This document shows, piece by piece, positions 1 to 11,196 of a stretch of DNA of 64,000 nucleotides. The position numbers and the translations under genes are program-made. Source of the DNA: Oopsacas minuta (Eukaryota; Animalia; Porifera); NCBI GenBank assembly GCA_024704765.1, contig JAKMXF010000199.1:186001-250000 (forward strand), in the 5' to 3' direction. Below the pieces are notes generated by a model, which made no database searches, had not been told where the DNA came from, and was given only the letters and a program-made list of their open reading frames with translations. Position 1 is the first letter of the stretch; each line of letters opens with the position of its first letter.

Positions 1-1189
1 AAATTTTTAGAGTGATTTTGCTTTAAATTTCCTTTAGAATAGACTTTGTTTTCAACTACATTTGAAAGAAAAAATTTTAGTTTTGCATAGTCAATATCAT
101 CTTATGTGTTGAGATACATATTGGATGGGCAATACAGTTTTAGAGATATGCAGTGCCGGCCAGAAAGAAGAGCCCAAAAAATATTTCTCAAAAAAATTTT
201 CATTATGATTAACATCTTTGCGGGTATATCCACATAGAAAATATGTTTTATGGAATTGAAATTGTAAATTAGAATGTTTACATTAAGATATCACAAAACT
301 TTCATTTTTCCGTTTTCAAACAAGTTGAACTCATTAATTTAATTATTATTATTGGAAATGATATTTTTACAAACTTGCGTAGAATAAACTTTTTTTAATC
401 AGATTGAAATCTATACAATAATTAGAAGCTTGTGCGAATTTTCGAATCAACCAAGTGATAATTATAGCCATTTTTGCCAAAAATGGCACATATTCCAAGA
501 TCTGCATTATTATATGTTTTATCTTAATAAGTTACCTCCATTAATTATCTTTGTATCTATGTGTATGTTAATCATTTATCATCTCAAATTATTCTATAGT
601 GAGTATGCATGAATTTAGGGCTTTTCCTGCCATATGTGCCTGACAAGCCACAAACAGAAATGTATTTCAGGGAGAGTTTCGGATTGTTATGAAAATTTGA
701 ACCAATAATATCAATATTGTATTGATTTACATTCTGAATAAGCAATTCTGCTTTCATGAAACATTGTAGATATTTGATTTCCAATTATTTAGTTGGTTAT
801 CTAGATAATGAGGTTAACACCTTTAAAAATGGGAAAATCAACTTTAGTGACACTTCCTCTCATCTATAACACTCTAATTTTACCATTTCAATTTCATAAA
901 AGGTTTTCTGACAAATATCCCTGAATGCCATGCCCAATTCCGGGAACTCTAGAAGGTTGGCAAGTAATTTCTACCAATTTATCCTTGTAATTTATACCAA
1001 TTTATCCCTGTAATTTATACCTATTTACCCATTTATACGAAATTACAATCTAACAATTTACATATATAAATGGAGATATAAGTCTTGGCATTTCGTAATT
1101 TCATAAATTCAAAATCCAAAATGGTAACAATTTCGTAGGTATTCTGTCGGCTATTTATCATACGGATTTGTTACTGCTCGACACGATGA

Positions 1190-1590
1190 ACAGTTGCCAA
1201 TGTACCTCTTGTGTTCTCAGATGTTCATCAATGAAGCTATGAAACTAAAAATACAGATCGCCTCTAAAGGAAGCATTCTGACACTAATGATTCCCAATTA
1301 GCATTCATTAAAATTCTCCGGGATAAATTTCAATGTAGAACTACCCTTAATAACACAATTGTAAAATGTAACCAAGATATGGAGGATGGATTGTTTGCTT
1401 CAATCCTCCACATTCTGATTTCCAACCTCATTGCTCAAGCTACATCCGCATATTATAGGTGAGACACTATTGTTCCTGTTTTGAGGGAAGTTATTTCTAT
1501 AGTAATGCACCAAAATTTAGGAAACTTTATTCAGAAAATTCCTATAAGCAATGATATAGTCTACAGATGAATTGGTGAAGTGGAAGTAGA
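1190..1590 (+). pseudogene. hAT (Buster/ZBED5-like) transposase N-terminal remnant
   Basis: Manual translation gives LPMYLLCSQMFINEAMKL (BED-finger region) and, across frameshifts, HIIGETL...REVISIVMHQ...IQKIPISNDIVYR*IGE, matching the HTIGE..IPLSNDTV.RRI motifs of Buster/ZBED5 transposases. Boundaries approximate. Confidence 0.6.
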
Positions 1591-2350
1591 TTTGGAGGTA
1601 GGAGTCCCAATCCCTGGGCCTTTTTCAATCACAAGATTGCTGGATTGGTATCGTTTTCAATCCTGATATTGATTGAACAATTTGTATGAACCTATACTAT
1701 AATTTGTTTAGAGAATAGATATATCATATAACCGTTTAATAGCATATTTAGGATTAGTAGTAGAATGATGGCAAATCAAATAAGTAAATAAGAATGATCA
1801 TTTCTAATGTTTCCGTGATGTAAATACACTGGAAACCGCTTAACCGGGACTCGGATAATCGGGATATCCGCTTAAACAGGGCAATGTATTAGGAACATAT
1901 TTTTGCATACAAAAGTCGCCGGATAATTGAGACATCGAATCGGTTAATCGAGATTTCTTCTCCAGGTTAACAGAAATAAATTATTATTATTATTAACTTT
2001 GCTCACTCGCCTCAAGTTTCATTGCCTATTCCATCATGTATAGATCACCTCAATAATCCAGACTGTTGTTCATCCAAACGTTTTGCATCGCCCTATGGAG
2101 TACGGATAAGTGAGGTTGCAGTAATAATCACGCGCATTATTGTTTAAACTGTATTTACTTACTTTCTACATATTTATCGTAACGCTTTTTCATGATATCT
2201 TGAAGCGGTATAAACCCTTACTCCAACGACTTATCTGTGCTAGACCCTATTTGAATCAGGATTAGTAGTAGTGTAATAAGATATTTCTGGTTATAAGACC
2301 ATGAATAACTGGTTTTGAATACTTAAATAATCATAATCAGTTAATTGGGA

Positions 2351-2587
2351 CTATTGGCTAATGGGACAAAACATTGACTCCTGAGCTGTCCCGATTAAGC
2401 GACTTATAATGTGTACTAATCGACATTCTTTTCTCATTGTTTCGAACATACATAGAGAATCTATAGACTCATCATTACGTTTGGTCCTCAACTTATTACC
2501 AAGGTAAGCAACACATGAAAACAGTCGTCCAGCTTCTACTGTTGTTGGTGGGACAATGTAAATCAATTGGTATATGTCCTCTAACAA
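2351..2587 (-). pseudogene. hAT C-terminal dimerisation-domain remnant
   Basis: ORF contains IVPPTTVEAGRLFS...NKLRTKRNDESIDSLCM, resembling the hAT dimerisation motif P.TSVEAER.FS...K.R.RL.DE.LD.L. Confidence 0.5.
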
Positions 2588-3067
2588 GATGCCTCTCTTC
2601 CGTCTTACAGGTCTCTAAAATCAGGATTGGGGACAAAAAATACGGAGCCTACGAATTTGCAAGTTGGGCACATAATTTTATGTAGATTTCGAACCTGTCT
2701 CGAAAAGAATATTTGCATTACAATATTTTTAAAGTTGGCGTCATAACAACTTAATATTACTATTGGCATTTATCATAAGAAGGTACACAAGATCGAAAAT
2801 AAGTTAGACTATGCATAGCCTACTAAACGTAAGGCCATTTCACAGAGGTAAATGTGCTTGGACCAGGGATAAGATGAAGGGGATTTTCTTATACACCCAT
2901 GATGTAAGTATATATTTTTTGAAGAAAATTGATATTGTTGTCTGGTTTATCAATAATTTCCTGAGATTTATATCGTGAATTTATGTTATTCCAAATTCAA
3001 TTTCTGATCATTTTAACATACTTTGCTTTTATAATATTAGCTCACTGTTTATTTATTTCTTTGGCAC

Positions 3068-5102
3068 ATGCATAACTTGTGTTCTATTCCCAGATATACT
3101 ACTGGATACCACAATGATCATAGTGGTGTGGCAGTGTTTCACATTCCTTCTGGTCCGAAAGATATCGTCCATAAGTGGAAACGATTTCTTCATAGGGATG
3201 CTAAGTATTTCTTTAGAACTTGGATATAAATTAAAATGATATTTCTAAGGTTTAGGCTTAAATTATTATTACGTAATTGTGTAATTATATGATAGATCTT
3301 CACACGATGAAAAATATTTTGTTTATGTTAAGCACTTTGATTCTGACGATATAGTTGACACACAAACTTATCTTGACATAGATGGTCAAACGAAGACAGG
3401 ATCAAGAAAGGCTACTCTGAAGAAAGGTGCAATACCTAAATATCTACATATCTACCTGGCTGCCCTGATCGTCTTAATGATCACACCATTAAATATCCAA
3501 GGCTTGATATAGACAAGAGGAACTTGATTTACAGACCCAAGTATGTCAAGTTGTGTCAAATATTTAAGTTGTACTCTTGCATGTTTTTGGTATTGTACTA
3601 TATAGGCAATTAAACAGAGCGTTGATGTATTTGAAGAAGAGCAGAGAAAATTCACTGCCTCTAATTTAGATGACATAATCACTAAGTCACATAACGTAAA
3701 GATCCCCCAAGAATGGATTATTTGGAATATGGGTAATGTAATTACTTGTAGTATCGTCTATCTAACGATAAACAGTGGAGCTATTTCTGTACAAGATAGT
3801 CTTAGTATTGACATATTTCTTCAAGTGAGATGTTACCATCTTGGGATATTAGTAAATCTACCAATCAAATCTATTTGTGATATGCGCAGATCTCTACATT
3901 GATTGATGAATTGTTTTAATTCCACTGAGTGTATTGCAGTTGATGTTGGTAACACATATTCCCTATGCACTGACAGTTTATGAACATTGTTTCGAACATT
4001 ACCCAACTTTTTACAATCTATTTAGGGCCTTCACATTGCATTTCTTCCAAGAAACAAGCTATTTCCTTGCTGGAACAAGTATTCGATCATTCAGGTAGGA
4101 TTCATAATATATAAATTCTTATTTCATATGAGTACAATTACAAGTTATCTTATGGTTCTAGGTGCCTACAAGTTTCCCAACCTATTATCCCAGCTCTATA
4201 TTATTTTGGGCCTGCTCGAAAACTCTACTGTAAAGAAAATACGTCGCCGGTATAATATGGTTACATTGATGTTATCTTTAATGTGTCATTTATCATCTTC
4301 TGCTTGTTTCAGACAACCTCGTAATATGGATTGTGTTTCTCTGCCTCACGAATCATTATTTTTTCGGTTATCTTCTAACTTTGGCCTTGATACGGATTTC
4401 TTGACTTATCTCTGAGCAGAAACAACCGAATTTAACCAGTATGAATGTCATGTTTGCCTTAATATTGATGAGATTCATGTGAAATCTTGCATTAGTTATA
4501 AAGGTTAGTTCTTGTACTATTTCAATTTATGAAGTCATTCTATATATTTTGTGTTTTTATGGAGGAAAGTTTATTGGTGCTGCTGAATGTTCAAATCAGA
4601 TGAGATAGAAGCAGCCAAAACTATTTTATGCTTTATGCTTACAAGCTTGTCTAAGAAATGGTCTAGTGTTGTGCGTTTGTTCCCATTAACCAATTCTAAA
4701 GCAAAAGATTTACTCCCACTTACTCCGCAAATAATTTGTGATATCGAAATGTGTGGATTAATTATAGATGCGATTGTCTCAGATAAATATCCTTTGAATG
4801 TGAATCTTTTCAAGTTACTTGGGAATAATACAGATCTTCTACCCTGTGTCCCTCATCCCAATGCTAGTGGACGCTCTCTTTATCTAGTTTTTGATTTTGT
4901 ACACATCATAAAGTCTATTAGGAACATTTGGGTCAATCAAAAAGATGATGACTCTATATTCTTTTGTCCAAAATTTGAAGATATTTCCAATTCTACTCAC
5001 TCAGTACGATTAGTTGAAGCATCTTTTCAGATATTTTTCATTATTATGATACTTCATCTACACTTTTTATTCCAATCCTTGAAATTTAAGATTTGAAGCT
5101 AC
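3068..5102 (+). pseudogene. P-type transposase, 5' part (THAP domain plus N-terminal catalytic region), degenerate
   Basis: MHNLCSIPRYTTG...VFHIPSGP...KWKRFLHR is THAP-like. ORF 4587-5096 has LCFMLTSLSKKWSSVVRLFP, IVSDKYPLNVNLF and LVFDFVHIIKSIRNIW, typical of P/THAP9 transposases. Multiple stops and frameshifts. Confidence 0.75.
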
Positions 5103-5257
5103 TGTTATGAGACAAGCGATATAGGTTTAATCAAGTATGTCCGAAAGAAATAGTAATAAGTAAGTTGCTCAAAATTAGCCTACTCTATTCTACATAACTA
5201 TTAAAGCTACGTACTAACTTATGGTTAACTAACAAGCTATCCTCTAATACTATAACA
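5103..5257 (-). repeat. 3' LTR of the Gypsy element (155 bp)
   Basis: Direct repeat of 9487-9640; by-eye alignment gives 8 substitutions and 1 indel (about 94% identity). TGTTAT...ATAACA terminal inverted repeat. Confidence 0.95.
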
Positions 5258-5272
5258 TCATCCCCTCCTTCT
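5258..5272 (-). other. Polypurine tract
   Basis: Minus strand reads AGAAGGAGGGGATGA immediately before the 3' LTR. Confidence 0.85.
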
Positions 5273-5299
5273 ATCCAAGGGGCCCAATCTTGATCCTTG

Positions 5300-8200
5300 T
5301 CATTTCATTACATCCCAAGGAATAGGTTCTGCAAAGAATTCAGTCTTCCTTCTTTGGCGTTTTGGTTTCGCCTCTCCTCCAATCCCTTCCCCTACTCTAG
5401 TAGGGTTATTGTCTTCTTCTTCTCCTTCTACTTCGCTAAGCCCCTCATTTCCTTCTTCTTCGGGATGAATATACTCTCCTGCTAAATTATCGGTGCTTAT
5501 CATCTGAGGACTACAATATGTCATCCTGCGAAAAGCTTTGCACCTGCTCAGGTATACCCACTTCTCCTTCTTACTCGTTGGTTCGAGTATTCGAACGTTC
5601 GTCCTTCTTCTTGCGACAGCAATATATGGACCTATGAAGATTGGGTCTAAACTGCTACGCCTGACCGATCCTTAAGAATGACTTGATCATCTTCTCCGAT
5701 ATCAGAATCCACCTTTCCTCGATCATAGAACAGCTTTGTCCTTCTATATGCTTCTTCAGCGTTTTCTCTACCAATCTCCTCAAGTCGATTTCTCCTGTCC
5801 CTAAGCTGCTCATAATATTCTTCACTTGTAACACCCTCGTTGACTGAATAGCCGATGTTCAAGTCTAAGCTATTCCTAAGTTTCTCACTGTAAAATATCT
5901 CATTCGGGCTCAGACCTGTTGATGAATTTCTAAGAGAGTTACACGTAAATGATACTTCGTTTAGTAGTAACGGCCATTCGGTCTTCCTCAACTTCCTATC
6001 TGCAAGCAAGCAAAGCATTACTTGCTTGACCGTCCCAATGCTGTGCTCAGCCAGTCCATCCCCCTTCGGATGGTAAGGGGAGGAACGCCTTTTTTTCAAT
6101 ACCTAGCTGCGTACACAACTCGTTCATCGCTACACCATCGACTTTCCTGCCTTGATCCGTCACAACAATACGAGATAATCCGTGTCTGAAGATCCATCCA
6201 GACTTAACGGCGTCTATTATTGATTCAGCGCTCTGATCCTTCATCGAACCTAATTCCACTAGGCGTGAAAACATATCTACCATCAGTAGAAAATATCGGT
6301 CACCAGTATCTGCCCATGGCAATGTAGCGATGTCAAAAGCTAACGCACTCCTGGTGCCAGCTCTTCTACTATATAGGGCTGGAGTGTTTCCTTCGGCTTG
6401 TTGTGGTGTTTGGGCTTGAGGCAAACAAGACACCGCGAGCAAATTTCCTTCACGTCTTTATACATACCCTTCCAGAAATATCGCATTTTTAACTCATCTG
6501 CTGTTTTAAGGTGACCCATGTGCCCGAAGTTATGGACCATTCGTATGACCCTTTCCCTCAACATGGGTGGTATGACCACTCTTGTCCCGCGACACAACAA
6601 ACCTTTTGAAATCCTCATCCTTGAATCGTTCTTATACCTCCCTCTGGCCACACTACCCCCATTCTCGATCTGTTGTATGGCGAACGAAATAGAAGGATCA
6701 TCAGATTGTTCGTTTTTATCTCCTGCTCCCAGTCCAGATTTGCAATGAGCTGGTAAACCTTGTCTTCAAAGAACCTCGAATCGTCATTAATCGCAGTATT
6801 AAAATCTGTCTGGCTCCTACTCAAACAATCCGCCACTACATTTTCACTTCCTTTTCGATATAATATTGTATAGTCAAGTTCTTCCAGCTCTAGGATCCAC
6901 CTAGCGAAGGTGTGTCGGGGATCTTTCTGAGTTCGTAATCAAGCGAGCAGATTGTGGTCGTTTACTAAGTAAACACTGTCTGCTGCTTTTAGAGAATCGT
7001 ACCAGTGCCGTGTTGCAGCTACTAGGGCCCACATCTCCTTCTGCTGCGCTGTAATTTCTCTGAGTTTAGGTCATTGACGACAAGAAGTAGCTTATAGGTT
7101 GTAACCTTAAATCTTTCTGAGAGAGTACCCAGCGACTGAAACATCGCTAGCATCAGCTTCAATGTAGAAAGGCTTATCCCACATGGGAAAGGAAAGGTTG
7201 ACCAGCTCCTTAGTCAGTTTCGCCTTGAGTTTCTAGAAGCTAGACTGCCTCTCACCATTCCAATCCCAAGCATGTCCCTTTCTAGTCAGTTGGTAGAGAG
7301 GCTCGGCTATCTGTGTGAAAGCAGGAATATAGTCACGATAAAAGTCAGCCATTCCAAGGAACCTCTGTAGTTCCTTCACTGTCGAGGGAGGCTTAAAGTC
7401 AGTTAAGCCCTTTACCAAGGATGGGGATGGAGTGCGCCCCCAGGGGGAGATCGTATGACTCAGGAACTCACCAGTGTCGTAACCGAAACGACACTTATCA
7501 CGCCAGAACTGGATATTCGCGCTGCGTAAGCAGGACAGAGCCACCCTCAAATCCGACATGTGCTGATCCCAATTGGCTGAATGAGTTAAGCAATCGTCTG
7601 CATACGACTCCGTGTTAATGGTGGAATAGAGTGCGGTATCCATTACCCTCTGGAATGTACTTTGGGAGTTGCACAATCCAAACGGCATAGTCAACATCTC
7701 ATAATGTCCCCTCTGTATGATGAATGCAGTCTTCTCAACGTCCTCCTCACGAACCTTCACACACCAGTAGGCTGATGCAGCGTCCAGGAATGAAATACGT
7801 TACTTCCTTGAAGCTTATCTATTATTGCCCTTGCGTCAGGCATGGAATACGAATCTTTCTTTGTCAAATCATTCAAAGCTCGATAATCAATGGCAAACCT
7901 CAAGAGCCATCTTTCTTTTTCACCAAAACAATGGAGCTGTTCCAGGGAGATTTCGAAGGTCGGCAAACGCTATTCCGTAGCATTTCCTCAACTTGACGAT
8001 TCGCTTCGGCTTCCCATATGGGAGGCATCCTGCGTACTGGTTGCTTGACTGGTTGAGCCCCGTTCGTGTCAATCAGGTGCTCACCCAAATTCGTCCGAGT
8101 AGGTTTCTTTGGATCCAAAACTAAGACATCAACAAACTCACAAAGCAAACGCGCTAGTCCTTCTCGTCTCTCGCCGTCCAATTTCGGGTTGATGTCATAG

Positions 8201-9440
8201 TATATTTCAGAAGTATTGTCGGCTTGATTCGAACATTCGGCGACGATTGAACGATCCCAAGGAGTCCCACCCTTGTAAGAAGCAACCGATGCTTTCCAGA
8301 AACCACCAAAACATACCTTGCAATTATCCCAGTCGAACTCAACCGAATCAAAGTTGGACATAAAATCTCTGCCCAATATGAAGATCCTCTCTTCAGTATC
8401 GATTACCTTGAAACGAGAAGGCATGACCTGTTGATCTCCAATATCTACAGTCACGTTGGCACAACCTAGGACTGCGATTGGGACGCTACAGAGACCAAAT
8501 ACATGACCGCGTTCTGTTAATTTGGAGGCGCTTCGACCGATTTCTTGAAGGGTGCGTCTTCCAAAACTGAAGGTTTTGCTCCGGTATCCAACATTGCGTG
8601 GAGCTTGACTCCATTTGCCCATACTTCTAAAGTAACTGCATTCTCGTACAGTGGTCTGCAGGCAGGGTCATGACCTTTGCCTCCACATATGCCGCAAACT
8701 CGCTTAGGCAGAACCTCCATCATTGCCCTCTCATGGCATTGATAACACTCTAGTTGTGAAGAAGCACGCCGTATACCTCTCCAGTTTCGAGTCTGCCTGG
8801 GTTTTAGTCTGAGAGCATTAACACCCGCATTTTCCTGGGAAACGTTAGGATCATCCAGATTGTTAAACTGCTTCTCCGCAGGCTCATCTCTCAGGGTTGC
8901 CACCTTGATGAAACTTCGCAAACCGATATCGATGGCTAGTCCATTCTGGCTCAAGAACTCCTTAACCTTCATAATGAATTCTCCCGCTTCAATTTCGGTT
9001 AACGGCTCTTTATCAGCAATCTCTGCCTTTGCTTTAATCCTGACTTCCTTAGGAAGCTGTCCCGTCAACATCACACATGCAAATCGGGACCCAATTTAGC
9101 TCTTTTCACTTCACGTAGTAGGCTGTAGAGAAAATCACCAACGGGCACTCCAGGCTGCCACTTCATTTCATTCACTCTAGCGACAGCTGCGAACTCACCG
9201 ATAGGTGGATCGAGCCTCTTCCTCAACAAGTCGAACGCTACTTCTAGTGTATCTTTCCCAAGCACCGCTTCTTTCGCAACCTCCTTCTCTTCCAGGTTTC
9301 GGCAAACAAGGCTGGCAACATACTGATGACGATCTTCACGCCTCCCTCACCTTGAGCAAGCAGTGGCCCTGCGGCCTCCGTAAATAGCGGTTGCCAATCC
9401 TCGATCCGTTCAGTAGTGGTGAGCGGGGTACTGGGATACC
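5300..9440 (-). pseudogene. gag-pol (zinc knuckle, aspartic protease, RT, RNase H, integrase), frameshifted
   Basis: CYQCH/CGICGGKGH knuckles, LDTGA protease and ILGRDF, FAIDYRALN, MPFGLCN..TFQRVMD and YADD RT motifs, ELQRFLG, ADCLSR, HNFGH..C..C integrase Zn finger, VVTDQG and DGLAEHSIGTVK integrase core, spread over ORF fragments 5647-9265. Confidence 0.95.
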
Positions 9441-9471
9441 TTGATTCTGTGCAGCCATCAGACGCGATTGA

Positions 9472-9485
9472 ACTTATTACTATTT
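9472..9485 (-). other. PBS position, complementary to the element's own LTR (putative self-priming site)
   Basis: Sense strand reads AAATAGTAATAAGT one base after the 5' LTR; this is the exact complement of the sense LTR sequence at 5148-5161. No TGG-starting tRNA PBS is visible. Confidence 0.7.
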
Positions 9486-9486
9486 A

Positions 9487-9640
9487 TGTCATGAGACAAG
9501 CGATATAGGTTTTATCAAGTATGTCCGAAAGAAATATAATAAGTAAGTTGCTCAAAATTAGTCTACTCTATTCTAGATAACTATTGAAGCTAAGTATTAA
9601 CTTATGGTTAGCTAACAAGCTATCCTCTAATACTATAACA
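9487..9640 (-). repeat. 5' LTR of the Gypsy element (154 bp)
   Basis: Direct repeat of 5103-5257, followed by TSD CTAC. Confidence 0.95.
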
Positions 9641-9644
9641 CTAC

Positions 9645-10928
9645 TATTCAAATTAGACCAATTTTCTGTTGCAAAACTGGCGCCAAAGTAGAATTTCAAA
9701 TCATGCTGGCCATCTGTGCTAGATAAACAGAACATTAAGCTTGTACCTCGGATATTTGATTACACTAATGTAGCTGCCTTGACCTTACATCAATCGAAAG
9801 ATTATATTCAAAGCAATCAGACTGGTGACTTTATAGCTTTGATTTGTCAAGTTTGGAAGCTTTTCAATGTCAAAACTCCTTGGAAAGGCGTTCGTCTCAA
9901 AGATCGAGATTCTCTACCACTTGTGCAGGATGATCCCAGGTTTAATTTTACATCTATAATAGTTCGTTGACTAGAGTACTGGAGACCCTTACCATTTACA
10001 CGAGGAAAACTAACAGCTCAGACCTTTGCTAGCTTTCGCCATTTAAATATTGCTATACCAAAGCTTGTAGAATATTTGACTGGAGAATGTGGATTCTCTT
10101 ATGTATTGTCATCTTTTATACAAAATGATCCAATTGAACACCATTTTGAATTATATCGACAGATGTCAGGTTCAAACTATAATGTTTCTGTATGTCAAGT
10201 ACTAGAAAGTGAAGCGCACTAAAACTGTCCAATATTCTCAAGTTATATTATAGGAAAGATTATGACCGTAGGGATAGAGGCTCCTTTATGGAATTTATCA
10301 GTATATTTCAAATCCACGAAACGATATTGATCTTAGTTGTACAACTAGTTGTGGTGATAAGATGGATGTTAATCACTTTACGTGTGTTCTCAAGTTTGAA
10401 ATTTTTCCCCGAATTCTGATGCAAGACAAGCTCTAGCTTTCATCGGTAGGTATGCAGCTTTTTCTTTGGTAAGGAAATAAACTAAAACTTCAGAATTGTG
10501 CCCAGAATGTTGCTCTTTAGTAACTGAGGATAAGTCTATAGAAATAGAAGATCTAGATTTGAATTTTTCGCTGATTCAACTCCTAGATCGTGGCGGACTT
10601 AAATGGCCATCTAAACAAGTTCTTAATTCTGTTTTTGCAATCTGGAAAGTGTTTACAATTATTGAACGTCCACCAGTTTTCAAAGATTTTCTACGATCGG
10701 ATTCAAGATCAATTTTAGTGTAGCTAACTCTTCTTAAACTTGATAGTGAGGAGATTGAAGACTTAGATTATGTGTTCCGATTGCTGTATGGAATGAAAAG
10801 GCTTACTCCATTTAATTTTGACAACAGTAGCCAATTTTTTACTTAATAATAATGCCAAGAATCTAAGTATTCCCGTTACCTGTTCCAAAGATGATCAAAG
10901 GACATATCTCAAATTATCTTCTAAATAA
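9645..10928 (+). pseudogene. P-type transposase, 3' part
   Basis: Removing the Gypsy restores DLKLLFKLDQFSVAKLAPK*...VLDKQNIKLVPRIFDYTNVAAL; further on, SYVLSSFIQNDPIEHHFELYRQMSGSNYNVSV and LDRGGLKWPS, all characteristic of P-like transposases. Confidence 0.85.
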
Positions 10929-11196
10929 TTTATTGTATTCATCATTGTATTTACTAGGTTATATTTTATACTTGTGTTTGTACTGGGAAGCAATTAAATC
11001 CCATACTGCTATATTAATGATAATAATATTTAATTAAGAATAATAATAAAGTAATTTATAATGATATAAATGTGTTGTAGCCTAGAAAAAGTCGACTGGA
11101 TCTTATCCCTGGTCCAAAGTAGTGAAATGGCCTTATGTTTAGTAGACTATTGACTATGCTATAGAGTAGTTTGTGAAATTGGCCTCACAAACTGCA

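Larger units (their letters stand above)
5103..9640 (-). mobile_element. Full-length degenerate Ty3/Gypsy LTR retrotransposon
   Basis: Two TG...CA LTRs (5103-5257, 9487-9640), 4-bp TSD CTAC (5099-5102, 9641-9644), PPT next to the 3' LTR, and domain order gag-PR-RT-RH-IN on the minus strand. Confidence 0.95.
2814..11151 (+). mobile_element. P-element/THAP9-like DNA transposon (about 3.8 kb without the nested Gypsy)
   Basis: Imperfect TIRs (catagcctactaaacgtaaggccatttcac...ttggaccagggataagat at 2814; reverse complement ending at 11151), flanked by a 7-bp direct repeat GACTATG (2807-2813, 11152-11158). Encloses THAP and P-type transposase remnants. Confidence 0.8.

Noticed and set aside
140-185. 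cagtgccggccagaaagaa, similar to the Tc1 TIR at 47082
   Set aside because: No partner TIR or transposase found nearby; at most an isolated end.
430-784. Short 60-95 aa ORFs in AT-rich spacers throughout the window
   Set aside because: Hydrophobic, low-complexity translations expected by chance; no domains or splice-supported structure.
9460-9486. tRNA-type primer-binding site for the Gypsy element
   Set aside because: No TGG-initiated tRNA-complementary sequence adjoins the 5' LTR; the self-complementary match explains the site better, though a full tRNA search was not possible.
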